Below are positions 49,583 through 61,158 of a stretch of 64,000 nt of DNA, piece by piece (positions within the stretch are counted from its first letter, which is position 1; every line of letters begins with the position of its first letter). The notes under the pieces are model-generated. The model did not search any database. It was not told where the DNA came from and saw only the letters and a list, made by a program, of their open reading frames with translations. The translations under genes and the position numbers were made by a program. Origin of the DNA: Amoebophrya sp. A120 (Eukaryota; Protista; Dinoflagellata); assembly GCA_905178155.1 (NCBI GenBank), contig CAJINV010000001.1, positions 10,472,311-10,536,310 on the forward strand, written 5' to 3'.

Positions 49583-50623
49583 ATGATGTGACTCTTTTGG
49601 TGCATCGCTTATTTGTTCTCTGGTCGGAGACGTAGATGAACCGTCAACATTAGAGCTCAGAAGTAGCACAACAAACACGAGAAAGATTTAAGATTGTGAC
49701 AACGTCGGGTAAAACAAAGTTCTTTCTGCAGGTCCTCTGAACGACTCGTCTACCCCCGTTGCTCGCGTCTAGGTGTTCGCCTTTACCAGAGACTAAAGCC
49801 CTCCTAGTAGTCATCCATCGTGCATATGAAAATGGACGTGTGTATGTATGGTGAGTATCGAGAGCGAAGAGAGACTTTCTCCATAGCGAGCACAAACAAG
49901 AAACTACTTGTGAGCGATCATTTTTGAACGCAATCCGAAAATCTGGATCGTCTAGAAGGAGTTTGCCAACTGCAATCGGTGGGGAAAATCATGCTGAAAA
50001 TGGTTTTATCGTCTTCAACAGGAACCAACACAAGAATCGATCCCATTCAATATCGCGCCGTCCTCTATTACCCCCTGACTGTAGTAGTTTTCTCCTCGTA
50101 ATTATGTCTGCTCTTATTCTCTGGAAATAAATGTCGATCCGTGTCTGTGTTGTCGGTCTCGGTCGCTAAACAGAAAAACGCTATTTCCAAATCTGTCTTC
50201 CACTAAGAATCTGTCTTCTGTGCAGTAAAAAACGCAAGACTGGGTCTACCAGGGATGTTGTACGTAGGTGTTTAGCGCATCGCATGCTCGGCACTTTCAA
50301 GCACTAATATTTGTCTTCGCGCTTCTTCATCGTTTTGCGAGTAGGGTAAAAGTAAATCATATCAAAACCGAAGATGTTGTACCCTGACCCGTTGATCGTG
50401 TGGGCGTTTTGCATTGTACGCAGCCTCTTTGTTGTTCACTTGTCGAAATCTCCCCATCCCCATGACCAAGAAACTTCATCTTCGGCTACTAACACAAACG
50501 ACTTCAATCTCACGACGGGGTTTCAGTAGGTGATTTTTTTTCAACCCTTTGGGTAAGAACTTTCGTCGTCGTATACTACAAAAGTATTCATCTTGCTGTT
50601 GAAAACAAGAACCCTCCGAGAAA

Positions 50624-51277
50624 ATGGATAACAACGCAAGCGCACTATTTCGGGAGGGTCTGGAGACCGAGAAGCGCATGAGCTTCAAATGGATGCAGGA
50701 TATGGATTTGTCCGACGCCAAAGAGATCCCGACCGAGGTGCAGTACAAGTCCTCCAGCATCGCTGCAGAACCGTTCAAGAAGCACCTTGTCCAGGAAACC
50801 AAGGGCTTCAAGCCGCAAATCAAAAAGGAGAACTTCGAACGGGCCAAGAAATCTTTCGGCATGTGCAACAGCGAGTTGCCCTACGTAATGGCCCGTGACG
50901 ACCCGCGCCCACTGGCACAGTGCTTCCGGTATAGCGCGATTTGTTCATCTGGTGACGTACTATTCATGAAGATTGAGACTTACCACCAGTATGCTATCGG
51001 AAAGATGTGCTTCAGCTTCTTGCACAAATCTTCGTACCCTTCGCCGCTACTGAACGAGCTGAAGCACTCCATCCAAAAATTCATTTCTGTTTGAAATTAG
51101 AGTTGTCTTAACATAACAAAACCAAACTAAAACCATATCAGAACCGGTCGTGTGGGTGAGATGCAGATGAAGCAAGCACCACCAGCTTTGCGTCAGTCCG
51201 AGTACTACGGGAAACCCGATGCCACGGCGGGCTTCTACCGTCCCTCCGGCGCTTTCTACGCCGTCGAGGACAAGTAA
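50624..51277 (+). CDS. Small hypothetical protein, two exons
   Basis: Coding-like exon 50624-50928, GT-AG intron 50929-51141, then an exon reading R-TGRVGEMQMK...FYAVEDK to TAA at 51277. Confidence 0.65.
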
Positions 51278-52310
51278 AAGCAACGACTGCACGCGAACAA
51301 AACGAGTCATCACCTACCTCCTTTTTACTCGAATAAAAAAATGATCACGACACGCGCAGACTCTCACTACTAGACTTGCCTTTCAGAGCAGCACTGACTT
51401 GTATTTCCACAGTATCTTTTCGGTGAACTACAGATAGCACGGTGATGGAGTCTTGACGCCATGGGCCAGTGGACGGAAATGAAATAGTTGTCGTACGCAC
51501 TGGATACTACCAGAAACAAACAACAGCTACAGTAGAAGTTCAGCATTGTAAGATTTCTTGCAGTACCAGACGTTTCTTGTTATATGAATCAGAGCAGCAA
51601 AGTATAGCCTACCCGCGTCTTCGAGTATCAAGATTTGAAGAAGATTTTTATGAGCCGTCGACTACAGCTGCAGAGAATCAGTGTTTTGTTTGAGAAATCT
51701 TTCTGAACTGAGCTTGTCCGGCAGTGCAAGAACCGCAATCCCGGAATACCTAAAACTTGCTACCCTTTTCAATTTCAACATCACAGGTGCTGTTAATGAA
51801 CATTGATTTGCAACGACCTTTTCTACCTTCCAAGCTTTGGTGGGTTCACCACGGCGGAGGACAACCGCACGCAAGAAATGCGTCCCTGGAGTTCCCACTT
51901 TGACGCGTTTTCGCCTTTTATTCGAATGGAATCGTGATTATCGTGGTTCGCTGCACTTCAAAGAAAACTACTATCGTCCTAACTAAGTGCTGTCGCGATC
52001 GCTTCAAGTCGTCGTCTTCCTGCATCGCTATATCGAAATCGCACATCGTCATCGTCGTAGTAGTCGTTATCGTTTCCGAGAGTCAATATCAACAGTTTGG
52101 TTTATTTTGACAGGGGAAGAGGATCGTTGAAATCGCATATCTTATTCGTGTTTCTTTGGCGAAGCGGTGCATCATCTCAGTTTTCTGCACCTTGGAGGTG
52201 CTAATCTGTACAGAGATGAAACACTCAGGATTCCAAGATCAAGAACGTGAAGAAATCGAGCATGAGCTTCTTTGATTTAGTGTGAATATTAAGTACAGTT
52301 TTCCTCCATC

Positions 52311-55300
52311 ATGAGTAAGCCAAACTCTGGCAAGCAGGACCCGTTGTCCTACCGGAGCAGTCAGAGTCGCAACAAAGACAACCCATCAAGCTCGGAGAAA
52401 AGTTCCCAAGCCCCTTCGTTTCCCGCGACACCCGGGCTCCGCATCGTACCGTCGGGGCAGAATTACAGTGGTTCCTCTCTGCCACCAGGCGATCATGGCT
52501 CTTCCCTGCCCAGCGAGGCCAATATTTTTCTGCAGCACGTGGAGCCGCTGCAGGACCGCTTGGCAAGTGGCGAGCAGAGGGAAAAAGAACTGCAGGCCGT
52601 GGTGTCGAAAGACCCCGCCGGAGCGGGGGAGGAAGACGCACTTCTCGGCGGCACCGAACAAGATGAAGATACCAGTTTCAAAATGCCGCAGGAGTACTAC
52701 ATGGACCGGTGGTCTGTGGATCTGAACGTCGGAGACCGTATGCACAGCATGTTCAAGGACGCCGAGGCCGCGAAGCGGGAAGAAATCCTAGCTGAAACGG
52801 GACAAGAACTGTCACTGGCGGAATTGGCAGAAGATACCGATTTCCTTTTCCCTCCCAGCAAGGTGGGCATGGGAAAGATGTTTTTCTTCGTGTCCGGTGC
52901 CAAGGAGCGGTGGCGCTACATTGGCGGCGCGATGATCGCGCTTGTCGCGCTCGCACCATCCGGGCTGTCCTTCGTCATCGTGCAGATCCAGCTCGATAAC
53001 GTAGATGAAACGTTCGCGCGCCAGGACATCGGGAATGCAAACACGATGGCCGTGTCCCGGGCGGCAGCGAATCTGAACAAGGATCTGCAGTTGAACCAGA
53101 GTATCTGGGCCTTGGCGTGGCCACCGCTTCTCGGGCTAGTTTTCCTCGGAATCTGGACGATACTGATGGTGTACACCAGTTTTTACCTGTTCGAATCCGC
53201 GGCCGTTTTGCAAATTGCCCGTATTCGGCGCTTGTACCTGAAAGCGGTTTTGACCCAAGACTTCGCCTGGTTCGATGCGACGAACGAGCTGGAACTTCCG
53301 CAACAGATTCAGCTCGATATCGAGCGTATTCGATTGGCGTTTGGGTCGCGGTTGTGCATCGCCCTGCAGGCGCTCGGGCTCGCGATCGGGGCACTGGGCA
53401 TCTCGTTGATCAAAAACTGGATGTTGACCTTGCTAGTTCTCCCCGGCGTTGCGGCGGTCTACTTTTCCGCTGTGTGGATGCTGAACGTGAAGCAGGAACG
53501 GACCACGAAGTCCGATACCAGCTATTTGGAGGCCGCTACCATCGCGGAGGAGTGCTTTCGGAGTGTCCGGACGCTGTATTCCTTCACGTCTGAGAAACGG
53601 GAAGTCCAGGGCTACGCCGCGGCGGTCGACCGTTCGAAGGATGCCTACAAGACGACCGCGGTGAAAATGGGACTGGCGCTCGGATTCCAGGCCTCCGCGG
53701 TGTACATTTTCATTGCCATTGCGCTGTTCTTCGGGCGGTTGCAAATCTTCACGTGGAAAACTGGCCAGACCAGTGCGGGGGTGTTGGCGGTCATTTTTCT
53801 CGTCTTCAACGGACTGATCTATCTCCAGCAGGCAGCGGCTTACTTCGTCGTGTTTGCGGATTTCAAAATCAGTTTCGCAAACGTATTGTCGCTCGTCCGC
53901 AGCAGTCTGCGTTCCAAAATGGTTTTTGGCGACGAAACGCTGGAATTATCACCGGAGGAGCTGGAAGCAGTGCCGCACAAGCAGGTCGCCACCTACGCGG
54001 TTAAAAGACATTTGGAACAGCAACGGCTGCAAAAGAACGACGCTAGCCCCACAAGTAATCCTTCGTCGTCGAAGATAAAAATGTCGAAGAGCCCGCTGGC
54101 AGCTTCTCCGGTCTCGTCAACTTCTCTTGCCAGTGGGGGTGGGGGGGAAGGAGTGCACTACGCTATGATCGAGCGCGGGTCCGAAGCGGGAAAGAACAAG
54201 AAAAAGCAGGCGGACAACACGACGAGGGCGCTTGTCACGGAACTTCGACGGCTAACAACTGTCCTGGAGGTGCAGTCTGGTGTGATGAACAACATGTCCT
54301 CCGCTACGTCCTCGAAAACATCCAAGAAAACTAGTACTGCCTCCTCGCCTCTTTTGGGACCTTCGACGAAGCATTCCAGCACGAGCTCCAACAAAGCTTT
54401 CGAAGCCGCAGACGAAGACCTCCGCCGTGCCTACCTGCTGGAGTTTGATTTTTCTCTGGAGAAGCAAGTTCGCAAGAAGTGGGCGCCTTGGCTACGGGAA
54501 TCGACACCAAGTGACACAGTTGAGGCCTTGATTCCGCCAATCGACGACGAGGCTAGTACCTCTTTCTCTCCCCCTACCAGCAGCTCCACGGTATCGGGCA
54601 GCGGCTCGGGCGAAAGTCGGCGCACCTTCGACGACTTCCTTTGGCAGGTGCTGGGGTTGAAGATGGAGAAGATCAAAGTTCGCACCACGACGGATCTGCC
54701 TTCTCTCACCCTTTTCGTCGAACAGGTGCGACCGGACTCGCCGGCGGACAGAGCTGGAATTTCGGCGGGCTGTCGCCTGATTCAGTGGGACAACAAGGAC
54801 GTGGCTCTGGTGACGAGCAACTACAACAAATCGTCGCGCAAAAACCGCCCCCTCGCCACCGTCTCGGCCCCGAAAGGAGATTTTTACGCGGACGCAGATC
54901 ATCTTCCGCGTGACCAGCTTACCGGCCTGATTCGTGCGGACCCACACGTGCTGCGTGACTTGCTCGTGGAGAACCGCTCGCGCACGGTGCGGCTCTCTTT
55001 CCTGGACTCTACGGGTGTGACGCTCACGGGCTCCAACGTTTTGTTTGCGTACCCGACCCGCCCGGAGAAGACCGTACTTCGCGGCATGTCGTTCCTGATC
55101 AACGCGGGAGAAAAGGTGGCTTTCGTCGGTGGGTCTGGGAGCGGCAAGAGCACGGTGCTGCAGCTGCTGCAGCGGTGCTACTTCCCAGATGGCGGCAATA
55201 TTCAGATGAACGGATATCCGCTCAAAGAGATTTTCACACAAACATTTCGAAGCCTGGTTGGCGTGGTGTCGCAGGACCCGACGTTGTTCGGGTCGTTGAC

Positions 55301-58300
55301 CATTCGGGAAAACCTTCTTCTCGGCATCGACGACGGGAGTCGGCAAAAAATTTCGGACGACGCGATCCTTTCCATCCTCGACGTGCTCAAGCTGCGCGAC
55401 TGGGTGCAGGCGTTGCCGCAGGGCCTGGAATCCTCCGGCGTCTTCCTGTCCGGCGGGCAGAAGCAACGGCTGTCGATCGGACGCGCCATGCTCCGCAATC
55501 CGGCAATTTTGATTCTCGACGAAGCCACCTCCGCACTGGACATGGACTCCGAAAAACAGGTCATGGCCTGCGTCGACAGTCTCGGCCAGCCGTCTGCTTT
55601 ACTCGAGCCGTTTCACGCGGGTCTGCCAACTCTGCAAGCGGCCATGCAGCGACGTTACAAGGTCACCATGATCGTCGTTGCGCACCGGTTGTCGACGGTA
55701 TTTCGATTCTATTTGTTTTTGGATTTGAGAATTTGGCCCAAAACAAAGTACTTTTTCCAGCACCTAATTGATTCTGCAGAGGTGGTTTTTGTCATCTTCT
55801 ATAATCCTATTCCTACATACTCGGCTGCTCAGGTGGAGAATTGCGACAAGATTGTGGTGCTGAAGAACGGGCGCGTGAGTCAGTGCGGCACCCACCAGGA
55901 GCTCCTTCTCGATCCTCACGGGCTCTACGCTTCCATGGTGCAGCAGGGCGCCACTACAGAGGACCCCAAACAAACCCGTCGAGAAACGGCGCATAAAAAT
56001 CATCTGTTGAAAGGACCCTCGTCCGCACTGCAGCCCCCAGCGACGAGGCAACTCTTCCGCAAGGAGTCCGCGCAACTGGAACCATCTTTTTTCGTCACCC
56101 CGGATATGGGGCGGGCCATCATGGGCACGGGACTGCAGGACGGATACGCAGTGAACGTGAATCGCGGCTTTGAGACGGATGGCATGCTCACCAGTATGGC
56201 GCGGTCTCGCATGATGTACGGCTTGTTTGGCAAGGAACGCCGCGACACCGCGCCGCTAGACAGTCAAGTGGAAGACCGGGACAGTGCGAATCTTCGGCAA
56301 ACCCGAACGAGAAGGACGACCAACGTCGAGCCAGTGGAAGATAAGATTGCGGTGCCCTCGCCAAAGAGTAAGAGCAAGGACGGAAAACCGACTACTTCAC
56401 CGAAACTGAAGAAGAAGGATAGCAAGACGCGTAATTCAGATACAAAGTCCACGGGGGCCGAAGAGTCACACGCCCAGCAGTCGAGACTCAGTGGACAAAC
56501 GCCGCTCGACACATCAAATGCGGCCCAACAAGGATTGCTTTCGACGATGCTCGGGTTCGGCGAGGCGCCGAAGGAGAACGTGGATGACGTGTTTGGCGAC
56601 TTGGCTCCTCCGAGCACCACAGCAGCTGACAAATCGCCAAAGCGAGAAGGAAAGAGATCAATTGCGTCCATTTCGGGGGGACTTCACACCCGTCAGGAAA
56701 TCCAGCAGCAGCAGCAGCAGCAATTGCTCCCGGCCGATGATTTGCAGGACGCACCAGAGCAGCGACGGTCTTCAGGGCGGACCCAGCACGGTGTGGGGTT
56801 TCCGTGGTTCCAGCGAACTGGTGAGGGGGAAGCCGGTTTCTACAACGGATACGTTTACCAAGGCGATGAATTCTCAGATGACGAAGCTGATGAGACTAAC
56901 GCACTTCTGTTGACCAGCAAAGCTCCTACTCTGGGTCGTGGTCCAGACGCTCTACTCAGGACAAGCGCCACTTCCTACCGCGCGATCGACTTCGATGCGC
57001 GCGCCAGTGCGGCGGAAGCAGTTGCGGCAGAGAGTAGCAGTGATAGCGAGGAGGAGGATCCTGCGTATGACAGCTCGTCCTCGGCAAGCGTAGACGACGA
57101 GCGGCACTCACGACTGAGTTCCGGGACGATACAGGAGTCGGCCATGGAAGATGACGCTGCCCCTCGGTCCGCGCGGCGTAAGAAAAAGCAACCAAAAATG
57201 ACCGCGGCGGAGAAGCGGCTGGCACAAACCACTTTCAGTGGCTCATTGAAGCGACTGCTACGCGCGCCGTTCACCACGCCGCACGAGGTACGCGCGTTCT
57301 TGGTGCCGGCGATTCTTCTGAGCACGGGAATTGGCATCTGCCGCCCCATTGCGGCGTGGATTCTGTGCAAAACGCTCCTTTCCAACAAAGGCGTCCCCGT
57401 GGCAATAGAGCGCGTCGAGCAGGGGGTGGAAGTGGAGCGCAACCTGGGGATTTACACCACTGGACGAAGGTGGATGGACCTTGGCTGCATTGGTCTGGGC
57501 GGAATCGGCCTCACCCTGATTTTTCTCCTGTTCATGCAGCAATGGATTTACTACACGAAACTCATCACGCAAGTGCTCGCCCGGGTCCGCGCCCGCGTGT
57601 TTCGAAGCATAGTCACGCAAGAACTCCTCTGGCACGATTTGCCGGAAAACGCACCGGACAGGTAAGCAATTCTGCATCTAGTTTCCTCTTGAGTTCCGTA
57701 TGTTATTTCGGTTGGTGTGACAACAGAGGGTGCTCCTGTTCACATGATGCGCATAATCTAAAAATATTCTGCGGAGAGTTTATTGATTTTGTACGACCTA
57801 TGACCTAATCCGATTCCGAAAAAACAAAAAAACAGGTTGTGCAACTTACTGCAGCGTAGTTGCAATGCGTTTGTGGAGCTAATCCCCTGCGTGGGGAATC
57901 TGACACAAGACCTGGTGACCGTATTGGGGTCTCTCGGTGTTTCGTTCGGCCTCGCTTGGGAGATGAGTCTTGTACTTTTCTTCGCGATCATTGGAATCAC
58001 CGTTATGCTGTTCTGGCTAACCGCGACCTTTGGGGATCCCGGCCCGCCTTCCGTCGCAGAATTGACGACGCAAAAGTACGTGAGCGAGTCCATTTTTGCC
58101 GTGCGTGTGCTTCGTGGCTTAAACGGAACTGAGGAATTCTACTTGCGCTTCAAGCACATGGTGGCACAAGAACAGGAGGCCCAGTTGATCACGTCAAGAC
58201 GGCAGGCGATCGCAAGAGGGTTGACCGAGACTAGTCAGGCCTTGCTTTTTCTTACGGTGTCCGGTTTCGGCACGATTTTGATCGCCAAGGGCGTCAGCAC

Positions 58301-60268
58301 CGGGGTCGCGATTTTCACGGTCCTGTTCGTCTTCATCCTGATTGCCAGCAGCGGCGCGAACCTCGCTACAACCTTCGGCCTCATCGCGGAGGGGAAACGC
58401 GGCGCCGCGGAACTGTTTTTCACGCTGGACCGCAAGCCGATGATCCAGTACACCTACGCGGATCCAGTCAACATGGTCCCGGAGCCGCAGCGGTTTCGCA
58501 AACTCGCGCGAAATCAGAAGAAAATCAAGGACTTCGAGCAGATCCGGTTCCAAAACGTCCACTTTTCCTACCCATCCCGGCCAAAGAACCCGATTCTGCG
58601 CGGTCTGACCCTGGAAATCAATCGCGGCGACACGGTCGCTTTGTGCGGCCCCTCCGGTGGTGGCAAGAGCACGGTGATGCAGTTACTCCTCCGGTTCTAC
58701 GACCCAAACCAATTCGTGTCCGGTTTGTACAGGAAGGACCGAAACGTGCAGAAATACCTCCTCCACGGCTCGTTCGCGGGCAGAGTGGTTTTGAACAAAG
58801 ACGAGCTGGACCTGCGCACCGCCGTGGATTTAAAGTCCTGGCGGTCGATCATCGGATACGTGGGACAGGAACCGGTGTTGTTCGACATGTCGGCCTGGGA
58901 CAACATTGTGTACTCCCTGGAAGCCGAAGAACAGGCCAAAGTGACGGTAGACCAAGTGAAAGAGGTTATCCGAAGTAAAAATGTGCCCACCCCAGAGTTG
59001 TCATGCAGATTTGCGATTACAGGAAGATTTGTAATGCGCATCTCCTTGAGAGGCGTTTCCAATCGTGTTTTGCAATTTGTCATGCTGCAAACAGGATAAG
59101 CGCATGGATTTGTGATGCGGTTGTCGTTTCTAACATGCACTACGCTACGGACTGCAACCTGTCATGCGTGGCTCCCAAAACTTCTGGATTTGTGTTGCTA
59201 AGTTCCCATCTTGACCTTGGTGTGGGGACGTTTTTACATATGAAAGATGTCGCAAAGCAGGCCATGGTGGACTTCCTCGGCGAGGTAGCACCGCCACCGG
59301 CTTCTTATGGATTGTAAAAATGTCTGGGTCTGGAAAATTGCAACTTGTCATGCTGTCTTTGGATCCCAAAAAAATATGTATTGCGTGACCAGCAACAGGG
59401 GTCCAGTTTGTGTTACGCGGAGAGGGCATTTGTCATGCGGAATAGGCATCAGGAAGCCCTCTAAATATCTGTGATGCTAGATCATGCATTACATGAGTCA
59501 TGGATCATCTAAAATATGCATCACAAATCCCGGAATCTTCCAGACCCAGACATTTTTACATTTGATACTTCTAGCGCAGTTACAACTTCTCCCACCCCGT
59601 CCGGCGGGTTGCCGGGGTTCGAAAGCGCCGCTACTGGAGCGAGTAGCCCTTCCTCCCTCGGAGAAGTGAAGACGGCGGGGACAGCGGTCTCTGTTGACAG
59701 TGGAGCAGCAACTACAGCTACACCGCGGAAAAGTGCGGCGCAGGTGGGGTTCTACCCTTCTGGGGACATTATGATGGACAACATAACGTCTGAGGGCAGC
59801 AAGCAAACACCTACGTCTCCGGCGACCGGCGCAACCACCCCGTTCATGCCCTCCTCGTACAGTCAGCAGCCGCAAAGTGCGGAGGGCAAGAAGCCAGCCG
59901 AGATCGGGTGGCACACGCTACTCGGCACCCGGGCGTCGCTTCTCTCGGGTGGGCAGCGGCAGAGATTGTCCATCGCACGGGCGTTGTTGCGGAAGCCGCA
60001 GATTCTCCTGTTAGACGAAGCTACGGCGGCACTGGACAACAACTCGCAGAGGGAGGTACAGGCGGCACTGGACGCTTTGCTGCAAACGATGGGAAAACGC
60101 ATGACGGTAATCACGATTGCCCATCGGCTCTCGACAATTCGCAACTACAGCAAAATTTTAGTGATCAAGCAGGGAGCACTGGTTGAGCAGGGGAATCATG
60201 ACATGCTACTGCAACAGAACGGAATCTACGCCGGCTTGTACTACGCGTCGGTGGGAGACGAGCACTGA
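52311..60268 (+). CDS. ABCB (MDR/P-glycoprotein-like) full transporter, TMD-NBD-TMD-NBD
   Basis: Walker A GGSGSGKST and GPSGGGKST; signatures LSGGQKQR and LSGGQRQR; Walker B ILDEAT and LLDEAT; AHRLST twice; two hydrophobic TMDs. GT-AG introns at 55698-55832 and 57662-57835, plus introners G and H. Confidence 0.93.
58967..59245. mobile_element. Introner G (diverged TIRs)
   Basis: Left TATCCGAAGTAAAAATGTGCCCACCCCA; right reverse complement TTTCATATGTAAAAACGTCCCCACACCA (21/28). Flanks GAGGT/GATGT. Removing 284 nt gives DQVK(E/D)VAKQAMVDFL. Confidence 0.82.
59306..59567. mobile_element. Introner H (main TIR family)
   Basis: TATGGATTGTAAAAATGTCTGGGTCTGGAA...TTCCAGACCCAGACATTTTTACATTTGATA. TSD CTTCT. 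Removing 267 nt keeps the frame. Confidence 0.93.
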
Positions 60269-61158
60269 AGATGCAGATGGATCTTGGTCCTACGACGGCT
60301 TCGGAAATTGAAGAACAAAAGCTTGCTCTCTCAGATGAACTTCTTCAACTTACTTCCAAATTCTTTAACACATTTCGATTTCTCTTTCGTAATCCCAATC
60401 TACTAAATCATTTCAAGCTTCGCCTTGTGTGCGTTGAATGAACTTACACCTACAACTTAGCTAGCAGTGACAAATTGTTTTTGTACAGGATCGGAGGACC
60501 TCGCAGTGTTTCAGTTTCTTCTCCACCTGTGCATCACCTGTAAAATGCGAACGTGCAGTTCATCGGCTTCCTGTATCTTCCAAGAAACGAAGAAACGAAT
60601 GTAAAGCAATGGATTTATGGCTGAACTTCAACATGATTGAGAAGAATATGAAGAATATGTATCTAGCCTTTGTACGACAATATGAGCGCCATGAACCAAT
60701 GCAACGTCCGGATTCGATTAGAGGAGACCAATCTGGTGTCTGGCGACAAGTTCCAACATTGTGACCGTCCTACGTGTTTTTTTGCGTTGCACTTATCGGT
60801 CAAGGTCATCTTTTTTTCTGTGTGTCACTTGAGCTCGAGAGGAACTGCGTGAGTTAGTGCCTGAGTGTTTTTTTTTTTCGATGCGGATTTGAAAAGCAAG
60901 TACTTATTTTTTTTTCCGAGCGGTCTCTTTCGCTTTTTTTCCGCTTCTTTTCACACTTTGTCTCAACTTACTGTTGGAAACAAACAATGTTTGTCCACCG
61001 AAAGTCTCCTCGCTCTTGTCTTGTTGATTCTGCAAGTTTAGAGTTTTGTGATTGTGAAAAAGGACAGCTATCATCACTATCCGCCTTTCCTCACGCAGAA
61101 TTTTGTAAACTACTTCTTTTTTCTCCCCGAAAGTAAGACCGATCAAAAACCAAACAAG

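Noticed and set aside
4912-55466. Long minus-strand ORFs (4912-5946, 39245-40348, 46471-47847, 54492-55466)
   Set aside because: They are antisense shadows of GC-biased plus-strand genes, with no recognisable domains.
55698-55832. Apparent 45-aa insertion after AHRLST in ABC NBD1
   Set aside because: It is a stopless 135-nt GT-AG intron; removal gives the expected AHRLST-VENCDKIVVL.
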